Origin: a virus
Length of the DNA stretch: 64,000 nt
Direction: 5' to 3' (one strand)
IMG/VR virus record: IMGVR_UViG_3300025237_000002
Coordinates: 32,001 to 96,000 of that record
The position numbers and the translations under genes were made by a program. The stretch's first letter is position 1; each line of letters begins with the position of its first letter. Positions 27,357 through 37,820 of the stretch are shown here, piece after piece. The notes beneath the pieces were generated by a model. It worked only from the letters and a program-made list of their open reading frames with translations. It made no database searches and was not told where the DNA came from.

Positions 27357-27722
27357 TTGGATAAACGTTTGAATACCCAAGACATTAAAAGTCTAATCGA
27401 TAATATCCATAAGACTTTTGACCAACTGAAAAAACTTAGACTCCAAGCTAAAAATGAACTATCCCAAATTGATAAAGAACTGTCAAATCATTATCATAAT
27501 ATAGAGGGAACTAGTATAGAATATATGACCGACTCGCATTTAATGGTCATGAAACTAAAAGATATCTTATACCAGCGAAGAGAAGCTAAGATTAACCATA
27601 CGTTGTTAGAATCATTCGTATCTGCGCTAGAAAGACCCATGGACAAAACCAAGAAGCGGTCTACAGAAATCGTCAATAAACATGACGAGATTATTAAAGA
27701 AATAATAAAAAGAGCCAAATAG
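27357..27722 (+). CDS. coiled-coil hypothetical protein
   Basis: TTG start; DKELS..YH.IE...L..RR..K. Confidence 0.65.
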   Translation: MDKRLNTQDIKSLIDNIHKTFDQLKKLRLQAKNELSQIDKELSNHYHNIEGTSIEYMTDSHLMVMKLKDILYQRREAKINHTLLESFVSALERPMDKTKKRSTEIVNKHDEIIKEIIKRAK

Positions 27723-27781
27723 AAGAAATTTTATTTGGTTTTTTCGTTTTTAATACGTATCTTTGTGAAAACTAAAATATT

Positions 27782-28027
27782 ATGACAGAACAAGCATTTG
27801 GTGCAATGGGAATTATTTTTACAATAGCAATGGGAATTATACTACTTGTTGGATTTATAGCCGATACAGGAAAACCCAACACTTGGGAAAATTTATACAC
27901 TTCTTATTTAGGTGGTAGAAACCAGACGTTGAAGATTAAACTTCAAATGATGGAGGAAGAAACCAAACAAATGGAGGAAGAAACCAAACAAATGGCTCTA
28001 ACCATAGGTGATTCGATAGGAGATTAA
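27782..28027 (+). CDS. membrane-anchored protein containing an in-frame 21-bp duplication
   Basis: N-terminal TM; MEEETKQ x2. Confidence 0.6.
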   Translation: MTEQAFGAMGIIFTIAMGIILLVGFIADTGKPNTWENLYTSYLGGRNQTLKIKLQMMEEETKQMEEETKQMALTIGDSIGD

Positions 28028-28105
28028 AAATAAACCAGGTTTTATTAGGTTTGTATGTTTATTATCCTTATATTTGTACCATAATAACAATAAAACATTA
28101 AAATT

Positions 28106-28600
28106 ATGAAAACTGATTCTTTAGAATTTAACACAATCAAAACGATTAAAGTTATCCAAAAGGATGGTATGCTTCAAAAAGTATACAATGCTAAAACAGA
28201 TAACTTTAACTTTACGAAATTATTAAGTGAAGCTGAAGCCAATACGTTAGCTGATGAAACAATTAAAACACTTAACGACATTTATGTATCAATCATATTG
28301 ATTGACGATGCTCAATTCGATGTGTATGAGAAAATAAATGGAACTCGAACTACACCTAGACGATATGGTAAAAACCAAATCAAGGTTGATGTTGAAGCAC
28401 AAGGTGGTATACCAACATCAGCACAAGAGTCAATGTTGTTATTAGGTGATTTAAAAGCTATGACATCGACTTTACTTAACAGAGGTGTATCTGATAGATA
28501 TAAAGGAACTGTGAACTTCTCAGATGCTGACCACCGTAAAATCAAATCAGCTATTAGAGAGTTGAAAAAGAGTTTGTTACCAGTACTTAAATCTAAATAA
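28106..28600 (+). CDS. hypothetical protein
   Basis: follows promoter at 28069. Confidence 0.7.
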   Translation: MKTDSLEFNTIKTIKVIQKDGMLQKVYNAKTDNFNFTKLLSEAEANTLADETIKTLNDIYVSIILIDDAQFDVYEKINGTRTTPRRYGKNQIKVDVEAQGGIPTSAQESMLLLGDLKAMTSTLLNRGVSDRYKGTVNFSDADHRKIKSAIRELKKSLLPVLKSK

Positions 28601-28601
28601 G

Positions 28602-28820
28602 ATGAAAGCAATTTTAAATAAAGTTAAAGATAACCAAGAAAGTAATAAGAACTCCTTATTACTAATGAGAAGGCATAATAGAATATTAATCCCTTCAATA
28701 TTTAACATAACGTTTTATTCATGTTTTATATATCAAGAATTATATATTCTTAAATATATTTGGATAGCTAACGATAATATTAAAATATTAGATAATTTAA
28801 TTAATAGTTTAAATAAATAA
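28602..28820 (+). CDS. hypothetical protein
   Basis: 72 aa, very AT-rich. Confidence 0.4.
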   Translation: MKAILNKVKDNQESNKNSLLLMRRHNRILIPSIFNITFYSCFIYQELYILKYIWIANDNIKILDNLINSLNK

Positions 28821-28992
28821 TTATGAAATATAAATTCACTTCAATGTTCTTCGGTCTAACAGTATTTTTTGGGTTAGGAGTAATTGATAAAATAGTTGCA
28901 CAAACTATTTGGGATGGTTTTGATGTTGTTTTTACAATATTTTTTTCTATCTTTAGTGCAATTACTTTCTATAATTATAAAAACGCTAGATA

Positions 28993-29685
28993 ATGATAAC
29001 AACTAACTTAAGGGATAGAGCATATAATGCACTTAATCTAAGACAATATTCAGAATTGAATGTAGTTGATGAATTAGGACCTCTTAACTTAGTTGTACCA
29101 TCGGAAAGACAATATGTCTTAAGAATACTAATCAAACGTACATTTGGTGAATTCCAAATCCCAACAGAATTAGAATGGGTTAGACCATTTATAAATACAA
29201 CTAAAGCTCACCAAGACAGAATAGGGGTTAAGCAACCATTTGTATATCTTACGGTAAGAAACGGTCTTGTGGAGTCTGTAACCGATGATGAGTGGCACGT
29301 AGATGGTTTTTCACAAACCATTACTCACTTACCCGAACAAAATTACCTATGGACTGATGTACTACCAACTGAATATATTGAGAAAACATTTAATTTTCCT
29401 GATAACTTCGATAGTGCTAAACATAACGTTCATGACTTCTTCCAACGTAGAATAACAACGGATGAAGTGCTAACTATGAAAGCCAAAAACGTATATGGTT
29501 TTGACCCATATGTTATTCATCGAAGACCTAAAATTAGTGCTGGAACTCAAAGATGTTTCTTAAGAGTATCTTACACACCAATTGAGATTGAAGACATTAA
29601 TAATACCTTCAATGACTTATTACCAACAGCTTATGTAAGAGATGGTGTGAAAGCATTTAGAGATAAATTAGTAAGTTATGATTAG
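28993..29685 (+). CDS. 2OG-Fe(II) oxygenase-like protein
   Basis: WHVDG (HxD) ... IHRRP ... RCFLRVS. Confidence 0.6.
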   Translation: MITTNLRDRAYNALNLRQYSELNVVDELGPLNLVVPSERQYVLRILIKRTFGEFQIPTELEWVRPFINTTKAHQDRIGVKQPFVYLTVRNGLVESVTDDEWHVDGFSQTITHLPEQNYLWTDVLPTEYIEKTFNFPDNFDSAKHNVHDFFQRRITTDEVLTMKAKNVYGFDPYVIHRRPKISAGTQRCFLRVSYTPIEIEDINNTFNDLLPTAYVRDGVKAFRDKLVSYD

Positions 29686-29892
29686 ATATAAATTAATGAG
29701 ATTGTGGTTTAAAATTAGATACCACAAAATATTTAGAAGCAAAGAAGAAAAGCTGCGAAGGAAGCAAAATGCTCTAGCACTTTACAACGAAATTATGAGT
29801 GAAAAATTTAGTGATAAAAAATAGATACGAATTTATTTGCATATGTCGATAAAATTTCGTATATTTACATATAAGAGTTAAATACTAATATT

Positions 29893-30255
29893 ATGCCAAC
29901 ACAAGGAGAAAGACAAAATTACCAATGGAGACCGAATGATAATTCGTCTACCACAAGGTTAAGATATGACTTGGAAGCTGAACATTGGTTAACCTCAATA
30001 AAATCAACATCTTCAAGAAGAGGTTCAGGTGGAAGTGGAAGTTTTGCGTTTTTATTCACGTTCTTCGCTTTAGCCTTCAATCTTTTGAACATACTCGTTC
30101 TTGGAATAACAATGTTATTCAAGTGGATGTTCGGACTTAACAAAAAGACTTCAAGGGTTGTTACCCATGAAGGTGTACGTGAAAGAATGTTAACACCTGA
30201 AGAGGTTGACGAAATAAATAGAACCCAAACACCAACAAGTATATATGAGAATTAA
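29893..30255 (+). CDS. membrane protein
   Basis: central hydrophobic segment. Confidence 0.6.
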   Translation: MPTQGERQNYQWRPNDNSSTTRLRYDLEAEHWLTSIKSTSSRRGSGGSGSFAFLFTFFALAFNLLNILVLGITMLFKWMFGLNKKTSRVVTHEGVRERMLTPEEVDEINRTQTPTSIYEN

Positions 30256-30574
30256 AGGAACTTTATTTGATGAGTTAGGAAACTCATATCTAGCCGATAA
30301 TGTTGATATATATGTTGGTGAAATGAAAGATAGATTATTGGTTGTAACCTATATGAACACAATCCATTTTCATGAAATTGAACTAGATACTATGAAAACT
30401 CTAGTCAAAGAAGGTGTGATTGATACAATTGATGAAGATTACAATCCTAGTCTAACTCTAAGCGCAATAGATTCAATGAGGGAAGAAATCATTGAACGAT
30501 TCGATGAAGATTACCATGAGCATGTGATAGAACAACTTAAAAAGAAAATTTTAAAAGCTAAAAAAAATGGATAA
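30245..30574 (+). CDS. hypothetical protein
   Basis: 109 aa. Confidence 0.65.
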   Translation: MRIKGTLFDELGNSYLADNVDIYVGEMKDRLLVVTYMNTIHFHEIELDTMKTLVKEGVIDTIDEDYNPSLTLSAIDSMREEIIERFDEDYHEHVIEQLKKKILKAKKNG

Positions 30575-30749
30575 CGATTGGGGAGATAATACTGGAAAAA
30601 GAGTAGAGATTGATGGTGTAAGTCATTTATTAATACCCGAACAATCAACGGTTGTTAGCAAAGAAGGTGAATTTACGATGTATGATGACACACAAGGTCA
30701 TTGTGCGCTATGTGGACGTATAACTTGTAAACAAACATGTTTTAAATAA
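30567..30749 (+). CDS. small Cys-rich protein
   Basis: C-terminal CxxC.xxC.xxC. Confidence 0.55.
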   Translation: MDNDWGDNTGKRVEIDGVSHLLIPEQSTVVSKEGEFTMYDDTQGHCALCGRITCKQTCFK

Positions 30750-30915
30750 TGGATGCATTTCTACACTTATTAGGGTTATGTGGTGACACTCACTCACATT
30801 TCGACCTTATCGACTTACTCATCATCTTAGGTGGTGGTGGAGCTGGATTAGTTACAATTAAATTATACTACAGAACCGTGATATACATGGTTAAAGATTA
30901 CATTAAAAAAATATT

Positions 30916-31683
30916 ATGAATAAAATATACGGGGAAAATAGTGACAACGGACCTGAAGGTTCAACAGCAATAGGAAATGAAGTGGGTGCTGATAACATAG
31001 AAGATAAGTTTGTAAATGAAGTGTGTAACTTGGTTACAGAGATACTTGAAATTGGTTGGAAAGATAGAACTGTTTTTAAAGCAGTCCTAAAGAAAGCAAT
31101 TGGTAAAGATATTGATTCTAGTAATCGAGAAGATGGACTATTACAACAACATGGTGCCTATGTCTTAGATAAAGCGTCTAAACGAATTATTGATGAGTTA
31201 GAATTGGTTGACGTAAAGGTTAACCATGAGTATGCCGCACACGCTAAATTTGCTGATATAGTAAAAGCAATTAAAGCTAAGCTTGACGAACCATCGTTAA
31301 AAGTTGAAGAGCTTGATACTGAGGAATTTGCGGAGAAATTATTAGAGAAATATGGTCCAGAGTCTATATTTCAATTAGCTAAGTTGTTAATTAAAATTGC
31401 GAATGACGATGTTAATTTAGCTATTTCACAATCAATCTCAAGCCCAATGGCTGTTGATTATAGAGATGATAAAGTTAGGCAGAAAGAAGATGTAAAAAAG
31501 AAGAAATCGGATATTAAACCACCTAATATCATGCATTTGGTAGCTACTTATAAAGCTAGAATCTTAACTCTACAAAATAAAGATTTATCGAGTATTTCAG
31601 AATACAACGGAATAAAGATTGAAATTAATACTCTTCAAGGTGTGGTTGATAACCTATCCAGTTGGATTGTTTATAATTATTAA
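30916..31683 (+). CDS. hypothetical protein
   Basis: 255 aa ORF. Confidence 0.75.
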   Translation: MNKIYGENSDNGPEGSTAIGNEVGADNIEDKFVNEVCNLVTEILEIGWKDRTVFKAVLKKAIGKDIDSSNREDGLLQQHGAYVLDKASKRIIDELELVDVKVNHEYAAHAKFADIVKAIKAKLDEPSLKVEELDTEEFAEKLLEKYGPESIFQLAKLLIKIANDDVNLAISQSISSPMAVDYRDDKVRQKEDVKKKKSDIKPPNIMHLVATYKARILTLQNKDLSSISEYNGIKIEINTLQGVVDNLSSWIVYNY

Positions 31684-31741
31684 ACAAAATTAGGTTTATA
31701 AGTTTATTATCATTATATTTGCATCATAAAAAATAACAATT

Positions 31742-32020
31742 ATGCACGTAACCTTACAAATACTACATAGCGAAGAATACTTCCAACAAATGGATAGAGA
31801 AATCGATTGGGATGAAACTAATGACCCCAAAAAAGTATCGCTTGCACAAGCTGACCTTATCTTTAAGATTCTTACTTGTGAAGCATCTATATTCCTATTA
31901 CGTAGAGCAACTGGTTCAGATGGTGGAAACGTAGATATTATGGTGGGAGTCAGAAGAGATTTTATCAAAGAATATGAGAAATCATATGAACCATATAACT
32001 ATTATAACGAAGTGGATTAA
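31742..32020 (+). CDS. hypothetical protein
   Basis: follows promoter at 31714. Confidence 0.65.
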   Translation: MHVTLQILHSEEYFQQMDREIDWDETNDPKKVSLAQADLIFKILTCEASIFLLRRATGSDGGNVDIMVGVRRDFIKEYEKSYEPYNYYNEVD

Positions 32021-32376
32021 TGAACATACCAAACACATTAGACGATGCTATAATTGAAGTTCTATTGGGACTTTCAAGTGAAAACATTGCGGATATTAAA
32101 ACCAATAAACTTGATTCAGTTTCAATGCATCATGTATTAGGTAGATGGCTTAGAAATAATTGGGGCTTATGGTCTGGCTCAAACCTTAGAACACACTTCT
32201 TTGATATGGGTGTTCATCATGCAGATGATATGACAGACATCATACTTAGTAATGTTGTATGTAAAATAAAAGGTGAACCATTCAACCTCCAAGTTAAATT
32301 AGATAGATTAAGATTATTTTGGGGTGACCAAGATATTGATGTCGATGCTGAAATAAAAAGATTAAGAAATGAATAA
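32020..32376 (+). CDS. DUF6794-like protein
   Basis: H..LGRWLRNNWGLW.GS.L...F...G.HHADDM. Confidence 0.65.
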   Translation: MNIPNTLDDAIIEVLLGLSSENIADIKTNKLDSVSMHHVLGRWLRNNWGLWSGSNLRTHFFDMGVHHADDMTDIILSNVVCKIKGEPFNLQVKLDRLRLFWGDQDIDVDAEIKRLRNE

Positions 32377-32833
32377 AACGATAAAAGATTTTACTGCATT
32401 GTTGATAGATAAAACCAGTTTGGCTATTATCATCAACGAATATGGAGCTGACAGACCTAACTCATACGTCCTATGGATGGGTAAAGAACCTCTTAACCTA
32501 GTGATAGGGATAGAAGAAATGGATAGTATTCTATTTAACGTATCCATGGGTGATGTAACGAAGATTGAAATCCTATCTGAGAGTATATATCAAATCTACA
32601 AGGCTAGACGTGAGCATGGTGACGATTGGAATTCAATGAGTGATGTGTTATATCAATTAACCGATAAGACCTATCATCAAGCTCAATTAGAGAAAATCCT
32701 CGTATTTGTAATGCCAAAAGACCTTAGAGACTCATCCTACACTTGGGGTATGACTGACACACCTTGGCGTGATAACCTACATGAATGGTGGGAAAGTAAT
32801 ATGATGAATGACGTAGAAAAAGAAACGCATTAA
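32369..32833 (+). CDS. hypothetical protein
   Basis: WG.TDT.WRD motif. Confidence 0.65.
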   Translation: MNKTIKDFTALLIDKTSLAIIINEYGADRPNSYVLWMGKEPLNLVIGIEEMDSILFNVSMGDVTKIEILSESIYQIYKARREHGDDWNSMSDVLYQLTDKTYHQAQLEKILVFVMPKDLRDSSYTWGMTDTPWRDNLHEWWESNMMNDVEKETH

Positions 32834-32891
32834 ATTAGGTAGAACCAATTAATTGTTTTATCTTTGTGGAACAATAAGTAAAAATCATAAC

Positions 32892-33179
32892 ATGGATAAC
32901 AACGGTAAAGTTCAAACTAATGAACATAAAGTAAATGTTTTAGTCTCAACAAGACATTCAAACAATAGACATTATTCCCATTTGAATAAAGAAATTGAAG
33001 TAATAAAAACCCTATCAGATAATGATATCATTAAATTGTGGGAGGCTAGAAATGTTGATGACAAATTAGAATTGGCTAAGAATTGGATTAAAAGAGAAGA
33101 TGGGTACGCTGTTTCTAATTGTGTAGATGATACATTAAATATCACTTATGGTAGTATTGTTAACTATAAAAATCGATAA
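32892..33179 (+). CDS. hypothetical protein
   Basis: start moved downstream of promoter at 32859. Confidence 0.6.
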   Translation: MDNNGKVQTNEHKVNVLVSTRHSNNRHYSHLNKEIEVIKTLSDNDIIKLWEARNVDDKLELAKNWIKREDGYAVSNCVDDTLNITYGSIVNYKNR

Positions 33180-33182
33180 GAT

Positions 33183-33581
33183 ATGGAAACTAAATTATCA
33201 TACGATGATTATCAAAAAGGAGCAATTAAATTGTTCAAGAAAATATTTGGTAATAAATTACTTAAACAAGCTAAGAATACTGAATTGAAATCTTTCGATT
33301 GGAAAGGTGTGGATTATAGTCATAATAGAATTTGTTCAACTTCTCTAACCATCAAACAAAGATATGCAAATGTCTATGAAGATGATGAAGCGTTAAGTAC
33401 CTTTATTAACTCTGTGTTCCTATATGGGTATAACCAAGCATGTGAGTATGAATTAGGTCCTCTTCAAGAGGAACGTGACACGTATAGACGTTGGGTTGAT
33501 GAAAGTAGAGAACGTTCACTTAGACTTAAAAATAAAATAGTTGAACTTGAAAAACAATTACATGAAAAAGAAACTAACTGA
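33183..33581 (+). CDS. hypothetical protein
   Basis: 132 aa. Confidence 0.65.
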   Translation: METKLSYDDYQKGAIKLFKKIFGNKLLKQAKNTELKSFDWKGVDYSHNRICSTSLTIKQRYANVYEDDEALSTFINSVFLYGYNQACEYELGPLQEERDTYRRWVDESRERSLRLKNKIVELEKQLHEKETN

Positions 33582-33900
33582 GAACCAAAGAGAATTTATG
33601 ATAACCAATTTCTTTCAAAATGAGAAATATGCTGGGGCGAAAGGAATCGCTGAAAAACTGTTAGATAAAGGTCATTGCATCGTAGCTGGTAAAGATTGTA
33701 TTTGGCATGGTGGTATAGGAAATTTCATAAAGACAAGTGAAGCTGAGGACGCTATCGATTGTCTTCTATATGAGTTTGATTTAGATATATTTAAATCATC
33801 AGGCTACTACAAAGAAACTCATAAGTTTATCCTCAAGGACTTAGCTGAGAAAGTGGACGAATCAGTTAAACAATTTAACGAAATTAAAGAATTAGTATAA
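33562..33900 (+). CDS. hypothetical protein
   Basis: coupled ORF. Confidence 0.65.
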   Translation: MKKKLTENQREFMITNFFQNEKYAGAKGIAEKLLDKGHCIVAGKDCIWHGGIGNFIKTSEAEDAIDCLLYEFDLDIFKSSGYYKETHKFILKDLAEKVDESVKQFNEIKELV

Positions 33901-34097
33901 TGGCAATATTTAAAATTAAAGAGACGGAATTAGTAATGATGGCAAACATCTACGAGGTTGAAGCTGATACAAAAGAAGAAGCTGAAGAGAAGTATATCAA
34001 TGAATTGGCTGGTAGATTAGAACTTCTAAATACTTTTCCTACATGTGAGTTAGAAGAAACCATAACAGCTTATATTGAAGGAGAAGATGGAAATTAA
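33900..34097 (+). CDS. hypothetical protein
   Basis: VEADTKEEA motif typical of small phage proteins. Confidence 0.6.
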   Translation: MAIFKIKETELVMMANIYEVEADTKEEAEEKYINELAGRLELLNTFPTCELEETITAYIEGEDGN

Positions 34098-34380
34098 AAA
34101 CGACATCGCTGAAGATATTAAAGCGTATATTAAAGCAAAAAAAGTTTGTTACGGAATAGGTTCTGATGCTTATAACGTATTAAGACATCTGGAAACTACT
34201 ATTCCAGATAAGATTCAAGGGACTTTAACCGTACCTGATATCAGAAACAAGTTAAGCCCTATCACACACTTAATCAGTATGATTGAGCGTGGTGATACAG
34301 ACTACGTACACGAAGCAATTCCACAAGCTAAGATTAGTGTGAACTACTTAGCACAAAGAAAAGTATATGAAAAACGTTAA
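34087..34380 (+). CDS. hypothetical protein
   Basis: coupled ORF. Confidence 0.6.
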   Translation: MEIKNDIAEDIKAYIKAKKVCYGIGSDAYNVLRHLETTIPDKIQGTLTVPDIRNKLSPITHLISMIERGDTDYVHEAIPQAKISVNYLAQRKVYEKR

Positions 34381-35017
34381 AATACCATACAGATTTGGTA
34401 AATCATTCAAGTTCCAAGCACCTGATGATTTCACACTAGAAATCAGTGTAACCAACGACCCTAGAAGTGCTGGTACAGCATACTATTACACCTTTGATAT
34501 GTTTATTGATAGTGTACTAATTGATTCATTACCTGAACCTGTAAAAGGTAGGGAATGGGACCATTATATGGACCTTCCATATGACCAAAGCATACCTGAA
34601 GAGTTTATAAATGCTCTTCTAAAAGTTGGTTATATAGTTGATAATCAATTCTTTGAAAATGGGGCTGCCCAATTTAGTAAATACCACAAACTTTATGTGA
34701 CCAAAGCTGATAATCAAACTAAAATAATGTTAAATAACATTAAGAAAGTTGAGCCACAAGATAAGAAATGGAAGTTAAAGTTCAACAGATTTCTTAATAT
34801 GAATGAAACAAGATTGATTGTCGAAATGCGAGGGCATTGTGTTGGTGGTAGTTATACACATGATTGGGAAGTAACACCAAGCTACATTAGTCGATTACAA
34901 GAAGTAACATGTAGAAAGGTTGAGTTTCTATCACGTAAAAATGGTGGAATTAGTTCGGATATCTATAGATTCGCAATACATCTTGATAGTAAAACACTTA
35001 AATCCCCAAAACTTTAG
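34367..35017 (+). CDS. hypothetical protein
   Basis: 216 aa. Confidence 0.7.
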   Translation: MKNVKIPYRFGKSFKFQAPDDFTLEISVTNDPRSAGTAYYYTFDMFIDSVLIDSLPEPVKGREWDHYMDLPYDQSIPEEFINALLKVGYIVDNQFFENGAAQFSKYHKLYVTKADNQTKIMLNNIKKVEPQDKKWKLKFNRFLNMNETRLIVEMRGHCVGGSYTHDWEVTPSYISRLQEVTCRKVEFLSRKNGGISSDIYRFAIHLDSKTLKSPKL

Positions 35018-35082
35018 ATAGTATAATTTGGTAGTGTCAATTATATGTTGTATATTTGTAGAATATTAAAACAATATATGTT

Positions 35083-35328
35083 ATGAGAACAATATACTAC
35101 GGAAATACCCACGAAACAAGTGCAAAGTACAGACCCATCGCCATGTATTCATACACATTTAATAAAATATTAAACTCTTGTGAAGGGCATTATGGTTGTG
35201 GTGGTGTCAATAAAGACTCTTACTACGTAAATGTCAATGATTGGGAAAAGGTTATTAAAATAGTCAATAAATCAATCGTTGATGGTCATAGTGTATTCAC
35301 TTTAAGAACAACTAAAATAAAACTATAA
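35083..35328 (+). CDS. hypothetical protein
   Basis: follows promoter at 35051. Confidence 0.6.
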   Translation: MRTIYYGNTHETSAKYRPIAMYSYTFNKILNSCEGHYGCGGVNKDSYYVNVNDWEKVIKIVNKSIVDGHSVFTLRTTKIKL

Positions 35329-35329
35329 C

Positions 35330-35695
35330 ATGAAATATATCCTATTATTACTTACGATTATGTTGATGAATTCTTGTATAGAACCTTATAAGTCACCATA
35401 CCCTAGATATACACTAAAGACTCAAACATTCATTCCAGACTCTTTAAAACTTCAATACCGTACTTGGGTTACCGAAACGGTAAGAGCCGCTTCAGAAAAT
35501 ATGACTGGTGGTGATTATGAAGATGCTGATGAAACGATACTTCAATCGGAGGAAACCGCTAAACGATTGTTTGGTGTTGATGTTGTTGGACTTGAACTAG
35601 AAATTAACGATGACTATTGGGATGATATTGATTTATTGCCTAATCAGTTAACTAGAAAAGAACATAGAATATTAGATAGCTTACGGATACGATAA
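35330..35695 (+). CDS. putative lipoprotein
   Basis: MKYILLLLTIMLMNSC lipobox-like signal. Confidence 0.65.
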   Translation: MKYILLLLTIMLMNSCIEPYKSPYPRYTLKTQTFIPDSLKLQYRTWVTETVRAASENMTGGDYEDADETILQSEETAKRLFGVDVVGLELEINDDYWDDIDLLPNQLTRKEHRILDSLRIR

Positions 35696-35706
35696 AATTT
35701 AAACTG

Positions 35707-36381
35707 ATGACATTAAAAGACCTAAAATTACATTATAGAGTTTATAAGAATGATAAACAATATCATTTAAGTACACTAGAGGTTCAAACCACTGGTAGAG
35801 ACGTATATAAGTATATTTGTAGCGTCACTAAAGATGGTGGGTATTTCAGACTTGGAGATAAAATACCAACTAGTAAAATTGAAGTTCTCTTGGAGCAAAT
35901 TCAAGAGTATTTAAACATAATTGATTACGATAGTTCTTACTACAACCCTAATTATCGAGAAGGATTTGCACAAGACCTTTTCGTTTACGATAAATTAAGA
36001 GAGTATGGGTATAGACGTGAACATATGCGTGATTGCTTCACACCAACAAGAGAAAGTATTTACGGGCTAACTGTTAGTTCAGTTCAAATTTGGTATAATA
36101 TTAACGAAGAAAATAAAGTGGTTGAATTATCCCTAGCGGGTGCTAATGATAATGGATGGATTACAACTAAATCATCCTTTGATTTTAAGGATATTCACAA
36201 GACCATTGATAACCTATTAAAACCACTCCTACTTACTGAGGGAATTAAAGATATTCAACTATCTGATAAGATGTTAATGGGTGATGTAGAATTATCAATC
36301 AATAAACTTAAAGGTCTTAATATCACAACCTCTAAACTAGAATTAAAAGAAAAATTAATAGAAATGGCAAATGCCTTATAA
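35707..36381 (+). CDS. hypothetical protein
   Basis: 224 aa. Confidence 0.7.
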   Translation: MTLKDLKLHYRVYKNDKQYHLSTLEVQTTGRDVYKYICSVTKDGGYFRLGDKIPTSKIEVLLEQIQEYLNIIDYDSSYYNPNYREGFAQDLFVYDKLREYGYRREHMRDCFTPTRESIYGLTVSSVQIWYNINEENKVVELSLAGANDNGWITTKSSFDFKDIHKTIDNLLKPLLLTEGIKDIQLSDKMLMGDVELSINKLKGLNITTSKLELKEKLIEMANAL

Positions 36382-36889
36382 TATGAAAATAACAAAAGAA
36401 AAAATAGAGGTATATAAAATTCGTGGTCTTAAGGGTGGTGCATGGGCAGACATTACATTAGATAGAGGTGAGTCAAGTGGTAGATTACAAATAGCTTCCG
36501 ACTATGGCAATTGGTCATACTATTGGGGTTCTTGTGGGGAATCATTTAATAAATTTTTATGTAGTTTAGATATTCATTATACAGCTGGTAAATTCGGTGA
36601 ATCAGATTGGTTTGACCACAATGCAACTATCTCTAATCTAGTGAATAGAATTGATGAATATAGTGAAGATTATCCAGACCTTAAATCAGTTTTATTGGAA
36701 GAATTAGATAATCTTAAAAGTGCATACGATAAAGATGAATTCACTCACTCCATGTGGAATTGTGATAACATTTTGCATATGGAAGGACATCAACCAGATT
36801 TAATAAAAGATATTACTCCAAGTTTCAATCAATTTTGGGATAAAATATGGTTAGGTTTTGTAGAACACTTAAAAAAAGAAGATGAATAA
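36371..36889 (+). CDS. hypothetical phage protein
   Basis: G.L.I.SDYGNWSYYW motif. Confidence 0.7.
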   Translation: MPYNMKITKEKIEVYKIRGLKGGAWADITLDRGESSGRLQIASDYGNWSYYWGSCGESFNKFLCSLDIHYTAGKFGESDWFDHNATISNLVNRIDEYSEDYPDLKSVLLEELDNLKSAYDKDEFTHSMWNCDNILHMEGHQPDLIKDITPSFNQFWDKIWLGFVEHLKKEDE

Positions 36890-37319
36890 ATATAATGGTT
36901 CAACGTTAGAAGCAACACACTCATTTGTCGTAATGCCAAAGGATTGTAACTTCAATAATAACACAAATAACAACGATAAGAATGACATTCTGTTCGGTGG
37001 TACGTTAATGTATAATATTGATTACTCTGGAGCTAAAATAGCTAGAAGAGCAACCTATGGTGTTGATTGTGATATGATTGTCACAGCATCAATGGATAGA
37101 CTTAATTTTGAGAAACCAGCGTTTTTAGGTGATATTATCTCTATGATGGCAACTATCAAATCATTAGGTACAAGTTCAATCAGTATTAGAGTTAAGGTTA
37201 CAAGAGAAAGCCCAATTGGTGAGATGGAACAAATTTGTTCAGCCAATATGACCTTTGTCTCAATGAAACAAGGTAAACCAACACCACATAACTTAAGTTT
37301 TAACAATTTAATTAGGTAA
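36882..37319 (+). CDS. acyl-CoA thioesterase (hotdog fold)
   Basis: VMPKDCN, LFGG.LM..ID, VTASMD.LNF.KP...GD, G.SSI, TFVS. Confidence 0.88.
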   Translation: MNKYNGSTLEATHSFVVMPKDCNFNNNTNNNDKNDILFGGTLMYNIDYSGAKIARRATYGVDCDMIVTASMDRLNFEKPAFLGDIISMMATIKSLGTSSISIRVKVTRESPIGEMEQICSANMTFVSMKQGKPTPHNLSFNNLIR

Positions 37320-37330
37320 AATATAAGACT

Positions 37331-37756
37331 ATGGGTAAAAAAGAAATACTAACTAATAAATTAGAAAAAGGAAAATATATAAGCCCCGTTTTATCTGGTA
37401 ACATTAAAAATTATTTAATAGATATAGATGGTACTATCACTGAAGATGTGCCAAACGAGGACCCAAAACGTATGTCTACATGTAAACCATTTCCAGATGC
37501 GTTGGTAACATTAAATAAATGGTATGATGAAGGTCATATGATATGTTTTTTTACCTCTCGTACTGAAGAACATCGTGAAGTAACTGAAACTTGGTTAAAA
37601 AAACATGGTTTTAAATACCATACACTACTACTTGGTAAACCACGGGGTGGAAACTATCATTGGGTAGATAATCATTTGGTTAAAGCCACAAGATATAATG
37701 GTAAGTTTACAGATATGATTGAGAAAGAAGTAGTGATTGAAGTGTTTAAAGATTAA
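37331..37756 (+). CDS. HAD-family phosphatase
   Basis: LIDIDGTI, FFTSR, T..WL..HGFKYH.LL.GKPRGG. Confidence 0.85.
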   Translation: MGKKEILTNKLEKGKYISPVLSGNIKNYLIDIDGTITEDVPNEDPKRMSTCKPFPDALVTLNKWYDEGHMICFFTSRTEEHREVTETWLKKHGFKYHTLLLGKPRGGNYHWVDNHLVKATRYNGKFTDMIEKEVVIEVFKD

Positions 37757-37820
37757 TATAAATTTGGTTATTCCATTTTAATGTTGTATATTTGTATAAA
37801 ATAAATAAATCACGAAAATT

